64,000 nt of DNA from Zygnema circumcarinatum SAG 698-1b (lineage: Eukaryota; Plantae; Zygnematophyceae). Every line of letters starts with the position of its first letter. Within the stretch, counting starts at the first letter, position 1. The notes under the pieces were generated by a model that was given only the letters and a program-made list of their open reading frames with translations, had not been told where the DNA came from and did not search any database. Location: NCBI GenBank assembly GCA_037447605.1, contig CM074809.1:4189975-4253974 (forward strand), given 5' to 3'. Below, piece by piece: positions 47,801 to 59,006 of this stretch. The position numbers and the translations under genes are program-made.

Positions 47801-50800
47801 ATGGCTCTCTGGGCTGGATAAACGCCTTGGCCCTCCAGGCACAGGGACAATATGAGCAGGCAGCCATCCATTTCGCTAAGCTGCTTCCTTTAACGCTGGA
47901 CAGTCTCCCTCCAGAGACTGTACAATTCTGCATAGCCCGTTCAATTGAGGCGTATGCGGCTTTGGCAGACTGGGACTCTTTACAATCTTGGTTGCAGGTG
48001 TGTTCCCTGATTTTTTTGCCCATTAAATTGTCCTGAAGGTCCATAAATTGGCAATGGCTTGCGGTTTATTGACTGCAAGGCAGCAAGCTTCGAGAGAGTC
48101 ACTGGGAACGTCTAGTTATCTGGCTGCCGCAAACTCACTACCTGGGTATTGCTTCATAATCTCAAGTGTTTCATGTTCACAATGTTTGGGAAATGCGCAT
48201 GTTTTCTACTTCGCGACTCACGCAAAGCGGTTCGCGCTTTTTTGCTGTTTTACTCGTATCCAAACTTTTTATGTACTGGCAGATTGATCTTGTCTTGGAT
48301 AGGTGAGAACCCAGACTGCTTTGAAAAGGCCCTGTGGTCCTTCAGCGCTTGTCACATAATGTGGCTGACACTTGGTTACTGCGGAGGGGCTAGGAATTGC
48401 AAGCGCTGCGAGTACAGCATGCCGGAAAGTCCACCGCGGCGGCTCTGAACACGAGCGGGGCGGGGGCGGACATGAACGCCATCCTCGCGCTCGCGTGCTT
48501 CGACGGAGGGGACGCGGCGGGGGCGTGGCCGCACCTCGGCCTCACGCCGCAGAGCAGCAAGGAACTCACTTCGGACCCTCGCCAGGCGCTCCTCCGGAGT
48601 GAGCAGATGCTTCTGCAGGCCATGCTGCGCTTTCGAGAGGGGAGTCCGCCTGACCCCTCGGAACTGCCGACTGCGGCAGCCATGCTGGAGGCACAGCTCC
48701 AATCCTCGACACTGGGTGGCCTTCGCGAAGCTGAAGCTGCATTGCTGCAAAGGCAATGCCTTAGCTTGTTAGAGGCAGCACAATGCAGCAGTCACCAGAT
48801 CCTCCCTTCGTCGTCACTACTTCTGAAGGCCTGTAAGGTTCCGTTGGACAGAACTTCACAGGACTGTGCACCATGGCTGAAGCTTCGACGAACTGTCCAG
48901 CTTGTGGCTCCAACCTCCCCATTACTTGTTGGTTTGCAGTTTCAGCTCGTCCGCCAAGCCCGCAAGCAGGGCAATTTTCGATTAGCAGGGCGCCTACTCA
49001 GTACATGTCCTAGTTTAGGACCTATCCAAGACGAGGAGCACAACTACGAATGCATTCTTTTGAAGCATGCACAGGGTCAACACGCGGATGCAACATTGCA
49101 ACTGTGGCAACTCTGTTCCAAGGCTGTTTTTCATGGCCTTGGATCACCGCTTGTTGGGGCACCGACGAGTGAGAGTCAGATCAAGGCAAAGGCGCTCCTC
49201 AAGCTTGCGCAATGGTTGCAGACGATAATGATGTCCTCCCTCCCTGTTTCTCCATTCAGACTGCTTCAGGCTATTGCTATTGCCGATCAATCAGGTTTCC
49301 TTGAGGCCGGTCTAAAATGGGGGAGAGTGACAGAAGAGGACGAGGCTGGGGCACAACTGGAGCAGCTGAGTGGTGCTGCTCTCCGCAGCGCCACGTCGGT
49401 GTGCCCTGACCTGGCGAAGGCCTGGCACAAGCAAGCTGTGTGGTGCTTCGCCGCTGCTTTTGAAGGGCAGTCCCAAGGCGGCACTGTACCGGGCCTGTTT
49501 CTTGCAAGTTCATACCTACAAAGCACGCCAAAAGGCGCAGAATGTCAGCTCACTCGAGATGAGAAGAGGCAAATCGCCGACATTCTGATGCGAAGCGTTG
49601 TCCATGTAGGCGACAACTTGGTGCAGTACTGCGGCGATGTCCTGCAAACTGCTTTGCAAAAGAGCTTGGAGGAGGGTCGATCTGAACAGGCAGGGCTCAA
49701 CGAGCTGGAGGAGCAGCTGATTATGGCAGTGCAGACACTCGGAAGTGCCACTTCCGAGCAAGCAGGCTGGGCTGTCAAAGAGATGTTACATTTATGGCAA
49801 GGAAAAAGGCAGCGAGCCATGAGCTTTCTTGTAGAGGCTCTTCAAGCCTTCCTAAAATTTTTGGCTGTGGCTCATCAGCAAGGAAGGTCTTGCAGTACAA
49901 GCTGGCCCCGGAGTGTGAAACCTCTGCCGCATGAGGCGTCGCTGAGCGCTATGCTGCATGTGTTACATCTTCTCCTTGTTCATGGAACAGAACTGCAAGC
50001 TGTGTTTGACGCTGGTTTTGACAGCCTTCCGGCTACACCGTGGCAGGTCCGGTCCTATAATACTTCGTCAATGCTCCTTCGTTGCTGCTTCACTCTGGAG
50101 AGCCTACTAGGCCTTTCGTTATCCAGAATAGCTCTCTTGAGGCATGTCTTAGGCTTTAGCAGGAGACCTAGGAAGTTAGGCAGGGTTTGGTTGTTGCGAT
50201 TTGTGCAATGCAGGAGACTCTCTATGCCATGGAGCACCTCTGCGAACTGAGACAGTTTTTTTTGTGCTCCGGAAATGCATGTGGCAGGCGCTGTTGCCGC
50301 AGGTTTTCGCTCGACTGAGCACGCATCCGCAGCAAATCGTGCGCAGGCAACTTGAAAGGCTTCTGGAGGCGTTAGCAAAGGCATGCCCTGCAGCGATTGT
50401 CTATCCTGCTGTTGTAGAAGCGACTTCACGGGGTGGAGAAATTGCTCCGGAGTTGCAACGTTTGCTGACTTTGCTGGTACGCAATCCATCGAAGGCACTG
50501 AACCCAGCGTGGTTGTGATAGTCAATCGCATCGCCATTGGCAACATCAGCAACGAGCTAGTCTTCACAAGTGGACATTTCTTTTTCCTTTTGGACTTCTG
50601 TGTAGCTCAATGTCGGACCGTGTGTCTTGCAGACGGAACGTGAGGTGGGGTTGGTGGAAGATGTGCGCACGCTCTTGGCTCAGCTCGGGTCCATCGCGGT
50701 GCTTTGGGAAGAGCAATGGCTGGCAGTGCTTCAAGAATTGCAGCCGGATGCTCTGCGTCGTCTTGCTTCACTCCGCGAGTACGCTGCTCGATTGGCAGCA

Positions 50801-53800
50801 AATCAGGGGCTGGAGATACACGAGCGAGGCCGCTTACTGGCTGTTAAATACAGCACAGTAATGACTCCACTGGTCGCAACACTCGAAAGGCAATTGGCTG
50901 CTACTGGACAGGCTCCACAAACTGCTCATCAGCGATGGTTTCAGGCGCATTTTCAAACCTCCTTATCGGATGCTGTGGCTTCTCTAAAGCAATCGCCCCG
51001 AAGCAGTGCAGGCCTTGCATCCACGTGGCGGCCCCTCGATGTGCTGGGCTTGCGGCTGTCACGGGAGCTGAAGCGCAACCTGCCCTTAGGTGAAGTTTCA
51101 ACGGAGCTTGTCCAACTTAAAGGGAGCTGTGCGCCCATGCCCGGGTTGGCAACTCCCGTTTATGGGGACGAGGGAAGCCAGTTAAGTGATAAGGGAGTGA
51201 CCGTGGTGGGAATGGAGGATTCTGTGGTGATTTTGAGCACTAAAACGCGGCCGAAGCGGCTTGCCTTCCTCGGGAGCGATGGGAGGCATTATCAGTATCT
51301 GTTGAAGGGCCACGAGGACCTGCGGCTGGATGCGCGGATTATGCAGTTGCTTGCAGCAGTCAACGGCGCGCTGCAGCAAAGCAAAGAGACGAGAAGCCGG
51401 GGTCTGTCGGCACGACGCTACTCCGTCATCCCCATAGGGCCTCGCGTCGGGCTCATACAGTGGCTGGATGGGCTCTGCAGCCTCTACAGCATCTACCGCG
51501 CTTGGCAGCAGAGGCAGCAAGCGGCCACCGGCATATTGGCCCGCCCTACCGATGTGTTCTACACAAAAATGATGGCGGCTTTGCAGGATAAGGGCCTTCA
51601 CAGGGCGGTTGCTCGGAAAGAGTGGCCGCATGATGTGAAGAAGCGAGTGTTGTTGGATTTGATGAAGGAAACTCCACGCCACCTGCTGGCTCGAGAATTA
51701 TGGGCAGCCACGCAGGAGGGAATGCAAGAATGGTGGGCCAAGCAGCAGAGGTAGGCTGACGTCTCACCCCACTCAGAAATTCCATAGACAGGCTCTTCAG
51801 TAAAAGGTCGAATGGCGAATAGGCAATTGGCTTACCAAGTCGGGGTTTTCGGTTTCTTCCGTTGCAGGTTTGCAGGAAGCATGGCAGTGATGAGCATGGT
51901 AGGGTACGTGCTGGGTGTCGGTGACCGCCATTTGGACAACCTGTTGCTCGACCTCAGAAGTGGGGAGCTTGTGCACATTGACTTCGGCGTCTGTTTTGAG
52001 AAGGGCTTACGCCTGCGAATACCAGAGATCGTGCCTTTCCGGCTGACTCAAACTCTGCAGGTTGCCCTTGGCCTCACGGGAGTGGATGGCCGAATGCGTG
52101 CGAGCTGTGAAGCGGCCATGCAGGCGCTGCGCCGCAGCCGCAACAATCTGCTCATGCTTCTCGCCGTCTTTGTTTGGGACCCGCTTCTGGATTGGCTGCA
52201 TCCGCCAGCTGATACTGAAACTCGCGATAGAACGGGAGGAAGAGGGCGTATGGAGGAGGTGTCAAGCAGCATGAATGGCTATGCTTCACGTGTCCGAGAC
52301 GTACCAGTTGCACAGCAGGTCCCGACAGCTAAACTTACTCTAACAGGGGACTTGTTTTGGCTATTTGATCTGCACTGCAAGTTCGCCCACCGTCAATTGC
52401 TTTCAAGAAATTGATGCAACTTATTCAATTCATCGTTTGAAAGGCCACCATGTCTGTGCCTGGCTTTCTTTTGCGTATCTGTCTGAAACTAATATCTTGT
52501 ATAGCGTGGTTCAACTCCTTGAATGCTGGAAACAGGCAGATGGAGATGAAGGGCAAGCAGGGGGCTCCATCGTGGGTGGAGGCTATGGGGTTGGGGGAAG
52601 CGACGTGTCGAGCCAGGAGCGGCCCTCCTCCCCCGCGTCAAGCGGCGAGAGCGCGGGGTGGCTCTCGGTGGCGAGCTCGGAAGCGGAGGCGGCCGAGCAC
52701 CTGGTGGGGCTCCCCCCGCCGCCGGATGCTGGAATGCCTTCAGCCTTAGCCAGTGGGCAACCCCAGGACGGACGAGGGGTCGTTAGTGAAGGGAGCAACT
52801 TGCCAGCCTCGGAAGGACCCCTTCATTTGCCTGCTACTTTGGGAGAGCAGGGGGATGTTGTCTTCAGCCAAGATGTGTTTCCTTTTGTGTCTACATCGTC
52901 CCCTGAGGTGGGAACACATTCGCAGCATCTCGTGCGCAAGGTTGCTCAATAAGCTGGGCTTATGAAATTGCTGTGCACTTTGAAGGTGTGTTGGTCTCAT
53001 TCTGGAGGGTTCTGTCGTTCCTTGTGACGTGTCAGGGAGAGGCCGTGGGCATTGTTCCGGCCGCCTCCAGTTCGGCGCGTCCTCCTCCGGCGGCAGGCCG
53101 GGGGGGGGGGGCGGACGGCGCGGCGCTCGAGCTGCCGCAGGGAATGATGGGATGGGCCTCGACAGGTGATTGCCACAAATTTTGCACCGGTTAGATTCAT
53201 TTCGTTTTATGAGTGCAAACAGCAACTGAAATATATGAATGTGCTGTGGGGATCCACATGTTTTAGTTGGTAAGGGACTGCAGTTGAATATGATGTGGTA
53301 GAGGTGCAGCAAGACCACTAGCCCTTGGATTCTTGAAGGGGGGAAAAGGAGAGGCATCATGCGCAAGGCGATGGTGCAGGCAGCGGATGGAGATGTTGTC
53401 AAAGAAACAAATCAGGGAACCCTGGTAGAGCCGAAAAACAGACAAGGAGTTGTTTTCAACTTCAGGAAAAGGGAGCATGGCATAGTCTAAGTGCAGTTCA
53501 CAGTTGACATGAGTAGAAACTCTGCGACAGTCATCTGCAGTTGTCATTGTAAAAGGCAACCTGAGGGTCTATTGCCCATTTGCAGAAAGAAGTGCTGACG
53601 CTGTGGCTGCTATCCGTCGAGTTAACGAGAAGTTGGAGGGGCGGGATCTGGATGCAAACCGGTGAGTGAAACACCTCAACTGCGTCGCTTTTCTTTTTGA
53701 AGACTACTAGGCAGACAAAGTACTTTGGGCGACTTGTGAAAAAGGGCCTAATAGAACATTTGAAATAGAGGAGATAAGTCAGACAAGAATCATTGTTCAA

Positions 53801-54083
53801 TTCTTTTGTGACATACTAATGTGAGCCAGTTACCAGTCTCCTAAACTTGGTAAGCTATGTGCAAAATTTACAGTTGAATGAAGATGTCTGGCATCCTCCT
53901 TCTGTGACTTGGAGCTCCCTCTCATCGCCACCCCAACGGCATGTCTTGACCGAAAGGACGAACCCTGTCCCCTTGGTCTGCAGGCAGGCGGACGTGGCGG
54001 AGCAGGTTGGCCACCTTCTGCAGCAGGCGCGCAGTCTGGACAACCTCTGCAGCATGTACGAGGGCTGGACGCCCTGGATCTGA
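44896..54083 (+). CDS. SMG1: SMG1 PIKK-family kinase (nonsense-mediated decay)
   Basis: RLRTHLGGPSATFSSLE, LERHVYNAYEG, TKTRPKRL.FLGSDG..YQYLLKGHEDLRLDARIMQ, GVGDRHLDNLL..VHIDFGVCFEKGLRLRIPEIVPFRLTQ, FATC LDNLCSMYEGWTPWI*. Confidence 0.95.
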
Positions 54084-54148
54084 CGGATCTCACGGATAGA
54101 TCTCACGGATCTCACGGATAGATCTCACGGATCTGACGGATCTCACGG
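54076..54148 (+). repeat. Tandem GGATCT(C/G)AC 9-mer array beginning in the SMG1 stop codon
   Basis: Direct reading; interspersed GGATA units. Confidence 0.85.
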
Positions 54149-55584
54149 CCCGTTCGGGACGCGCTTCGCCGCAGGCAGATGCTGCTGCCAAAAATTTCAA
54201 ACGGGGCATGGCATTACTAAAGTGGAGGCGCTGCACGACACGAAGGTACAATGTGCAGACACATGCTGTCGGTGTGGACGTTTTTATACACATTCATTCC
54301 TTAGGTTACTGTCAATATAGCTCCTTTGTACTGACTATGGTTTGTGAAATTCGTGGGAATAAGTTCAGACGAAAGAACCCTGAACAATGGGCAGGTACGA
54401 GTCCAAAGAAATACTTGGTGAAACTCCCTTGGCCATTTCCTTCGCCCACGGGAGCTTCACAATTTTCCCGCCGTCGTTAGGGTTCTTCCTTCTGAACTGT
54501 CCCCTCGCATTGCCCAAACCATAGACAGGTGGGCGCCTGCCGTGCCCATGACCCCTTGGGGCCTTTTGTCGCCTCACGTCTTGCAGAGACAGCCATCGGA
54601 AGAGCCGAATTTATGGGCAATGCATGTGCAGCTGTTTGAGCATCCGGGGTCAGCGTGTGGGGAGATGAGAGCAGGAGATGCTTGTTCAAGCATGTTCACT
54701 CTGCGTTTTTCTATTATGCCTACCCCCACTGATGTAATAATGACCTGCTGCTTAGCATAGGAAGACTTTAGTAGACCGTGGATTTCCCCTTCTGGGGTCG
54801 CAGTCAATGCGCTTGTGTCGTCTCTTCATCGTTCGTTTGTCATTGGAGGAGGTGAATGAAGTACCGAAGGCGCGGTGAACATTCTTGCGCTCATTGAATC
54901 CCCCATGTCGTGGTCGCGACCTTGAGAACAAATGTTGGACAATAAAGGGACGTTCATGTCCGCGGTTGGAATGTACTTCTTTAAGACATGAGCGCATGGT
55001 GTGCTGGCCTCGACTCTTGATTCAGAACCTCTCTTCTTTGACTAGTTCGCCGTCTTTTGTCAGCTTTGCGTGGCATGTTTATGAGTTTTTCACTCATTCA
55101 GCTTCTTGCACTTGTTCTTGTCACAACGAGACCAGGATTTACCAAAGAGTGACTCAACTCCGTGAGGTTAACGTCAGGGAAAAAGAAAAAAAAAACACAA
55201 GGAAGCTATATGCAACAGGTTCAGCTTTGATTACGAAGACTAAGCATGCGGGGGCTTATATGTATGTCTATTCTGAACTTTTGAGTGATAAGACCTCAGC
55301 TTAAACTGCAACCATCACCTATCACTTCCAACCTTAGAATTCACTCCCGCTTGTTGAGCTCCGCAAACATTCAGCTCAGGATATCTCTGTAGGGGTTAAT
55401 GCAAGAGTATCAAATCATTGCGGTTACCTCTGATTGTCCTTAACTATTATTACCGCGTTGTTAAGCCTAAAGGTAGATTCCCGCTCAAAATGACCTGTTT
55501 CTCGTGGTTCCCATGATTTTGTCCATGTACATTTGACGCCATCGCCGTCGTGCAATCAATGCCACATCATCACATCAATGCACG

Positions 55585-55888
55585 GTGGCAGTCCACGCGG
55601 CAGTCCACCCACGATGGCAGTCAATGCACAGTGGCAGTCCACAATGGGAGTCAATGCATAGTGGCAGTCCACGCGGCAGTCCACCCACGATGGCAGTCAA
55701 TGCACAGTGGCAGTCCACAATGGGAGTCAATGCATAGTGGCAGTCCACGCGGCAGTCCACCCACGATGGCAGTCAATGCACAGTGGCAGTCCACAATGGG
55801 AGTCAATGCATAGTGGCAGTCCACGCGGCAGTCCACGCGGCAGTCCACGATGGCAGTCAATGCACGGTGGCAGTCCACGCGGCAGTCC
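55585..55888. repeat. 76-bp higher-order tandem repeat (three full copies plus a partial)
   Basis: Unit starts at 55585, 55661, 55737 and 55813; built from GGCAGTCCAC and GGCAGTCAATGCA subunits. Confidence 0.92.
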
Positions 55889-56022
55889 AAGCTGGCAGGG
55901 TAGAGGACCTCCCACCAGTACCGTACGGTACGCTCAGTGGGAGGTCCTCTCCTTCCCTGTTGGCCGTTACCAGTCCGACCCCTGCGCGCAGCGGAGGGAG
56001 GGAGGAAGGGAGGGAGGGAGCC

Positions 56023-58961
56023 ATGGCGGCACCGCGTGCGGGCCCCGTGCGCGGCGCACACCGCCTGGACGAGGCCGCGCTCCTCCGCTACGCCCGCTGC
56101 CACGTGCCCGCCTGGCCCCCGCACGCCGACCTGCGCGTGCTTCAGGTGCGCACTCTCAACCCGCTCCCTCCTCTGCTTGTCAATATGTTTTCCACTCAAG
56201 GATGCATTGAGTGAATAAAGGAGCGCGTGTTTTTTCTGCCCCTGGTTGTACCATCCAGTTCGGCCATGGACAATCGAATCCAACGTATCTCTTGGAAGTG
56301 GGGCCTCGTCGCTTTGTCCTCCGGAAGAAGCCGCCTGGGAAAATTCTCAAGTCAGCACATGCTGTGGAGAGGGAGCATCAGGCATGCACTTTCCTTTCAC
56401 TTTTTGCGAAGTTTTTTTCAAGAACATGAGTATCAGAATAGGAGCTCTAAAGCCAAGTCACAAGTCGTTATTTCTCGTTTTGTGTTTCTTGTGTCTTGAT
56501 TTGATTCTAATTGATTATAAGTCAGGCTGACCTTTGTTTTCCGTAGAAAGATAGAGTATTTAGGCAGGAGCTATAGAGTTTGGCTATGGAACTGGCAACC
56601 GACTCTGGATCGAATATGAGAGCGGAGAAATTAGGAGCATTGTTGGAGGTTGATTCATAATTTAGTAATAGACTTGGGAAGGAGTGTAGATTAATAAGGT
56701 CTCAGGGTTTTTAGGGTTTGGTAAAAATAAAATAAAATGGTACTAACCATTTTATCTGCAATGGTAGTAACCATTTTATCTGCAATGGCGTGGAATGTTT
56801 CAGGTCCTGACTGCCCTGCAGGACACGGACGTGCCTGTGCCAAAAGTCCACTGCTTGTGCATGGATCCTGCGGTCATTGGCACGCCTTTCTACATCATGG
56901 ACTATGTCGAGGGCCGCATCTTTACCGATCCTCGTTTGCCGGTGACCCACAAAGCCTGCTTATCCTGCTTGCACAGACTGAATGAATCAATATTGCGGGC
57001 CGTATGAAGAACCTTGGCTTTGGCTGTGAGAGTCTAATTCAAGTGTCACTATAGACCAAGGGTCTAGGCTTCATCACAAACACCTGCCATGCAACATACG
57101 TCAATGGGACGTCGTTTTTGGCAGTTCATTGAACGACTGAAGCTGAACATCTAGATAGGCAATTCATTGCTCACCTTGCAAAGGCTCATGGCTGTTTGTA
57201 TGTTCAGGGTATGGCAGCTGAGGAGCGTGAGCTACTCTACAACTCGATGGCTCTCACTTTGGCAGCTATTCATCGTGTAGAAGTTGGCAAAACCAAACTT
57301 GCCAGCTTTGGGCGTACGGACAGTTATTGTAAACGTCAGGTGGGAGCAGTTCATCCTCGGCTGAAGCCGCAAACGCAGGGTGTTATCAGGGTAAAGCAAC
57401 GCTCGTTGTGTGTAGCAGAGTGGCAGAAGTTTTGCTTCATCTGAGACACGCGGGGAAGCCCAGGTGGAACGCTGGACTCAGCAATACCAACTGTCCACAG
57501 GAGATGGAGTGGAACCCGACGAAGCCATGTTGCAGCTTTCGAGCTGGTTGCGAGAGAACATCCCAGCGGAAGATCAGGATGCAGAAGGGCCCTTCAAGGG
57601 ACTTGTGCACGGGGATTTTCGTCTCGACAACCTCGTGTTTCATCATACTGAGGTTGGAACATTACCGTTCTGAATGTCTGTTTAGAGCTTTTTTGTGCAT
57701 GGATCGCTGTACACGGTTGAAAAGTTGAGAAACGGCTGTGTAGTCTTTTTTTAGCTGGACAGCCAGACTACAAGGTTTACTTCGAGAAAGCACATGGTAT
57801 GTGAGAAAGAGCATGATTTGAGATTTTATCGGCCCCTAGACAGTGGTGAGGTTGTATTTGAAACTAGCCTGCTTGGTGCGCATCCTTGGTAAGCCGGGCA
57901 ATATAACTCCCACCTTAAGCAGCCTTGCAGTCTGTCGTGAATGCCGGGAGGCTGACGGCCTGTTGTTGTTTTGCCTGCTAACTGCTTGTAGCCGCGAGTG
58001 GTGGCTGTCCTGGACTGGGAGTTGTCAACCCTCGGCAACCAACTGTCAGATGCGGCTTATTGCTGCATGGTGCACTTTTCTATCCATTCCCAAATGTCCT
58101 GTTTCTGTGTTTGTCGTCTGTATGTTAACTTTGAAGAATGTATCTTGCAGCTTATGGCTGATTGCAACCTGAAGCGTTCTTGTTCGTAAAGCATCTCAGC
58201 TTTGTCATTTGGCCTTGATGGACTTCACTGAACTGAATTTAGCGAAGAGACGGGGTGTGGGATCAGCCGTATTTTCTTCCCAGCGGTGTGAAGAGCCTGC
58301 CAGGCCTGGACGTGCGATCGGAGGGTCTGCCGGAGGGTGTTCCGACCGTGGAGCAGTGGCTCGCCCGCTACTGCCGCGCTGCCGTAAGTCGCTTTACGGC
58401 CTTACGGCTGCTGCCTGCTGCCTGCTGCCTGCTGCCTGCCGGTTCTGTTCTGGGCAGAGCGAGCGGCTCTGAGGGCGATGGGGCGGCGCGGGGCGGCAGG
58501 ACGCGCCGTGGCCTGCGGCGACTTGGCGCTTCTACTTGGTTCTTTCCTTCTTCCGCGGAGCCGCCATTTTCGCGGGTGTTTATAAGCGTGCTCTCCAGGT
58601 ACGCGATTCAGATGTCCTCCAAGAGCGCGGTCCTTTCTGAAATCGATAATTAAGAGAGCCCTATTCAAGCGGCAACTGCTTCCATTTTGAATCTTGATTA
58701 AGACACTCGGACACTACATGCTCTGTTCGAGATTGCATCACTGCCAGGGAGCTGGACGGTTGTTGGGGATGGCTATGATATTTTCTTGAAAGCAAAATGG
58801 GAGGCCGAGTGCAGAAAATGTAGTCGGCTCAATGAGCCGCAGAAGTTGAAGGTCTTTGCCTCCCTTTCGAGCCCATGAAAGGGACCTTCTCATTGTGCAA
58901 TTGTTTAGCTATGTTACTCAGTGCAGTGAAGGCTGCTAGTTGTGAGATCATAAATATAAAA

Positions 58962-59006
<45 letters not shown>

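Noticed and set aside
54476-54484. AACCCTAAC (minus strand) as a telomerase RNA template
   Set aside because: It would specify TTAGGG, not the observed TTTTTAGGG, and no TR promoter elements were recognised.
55585-55888. CRISPR-like array
   Set aside because: No unique spacers, eukaryotic context, no cas genes.
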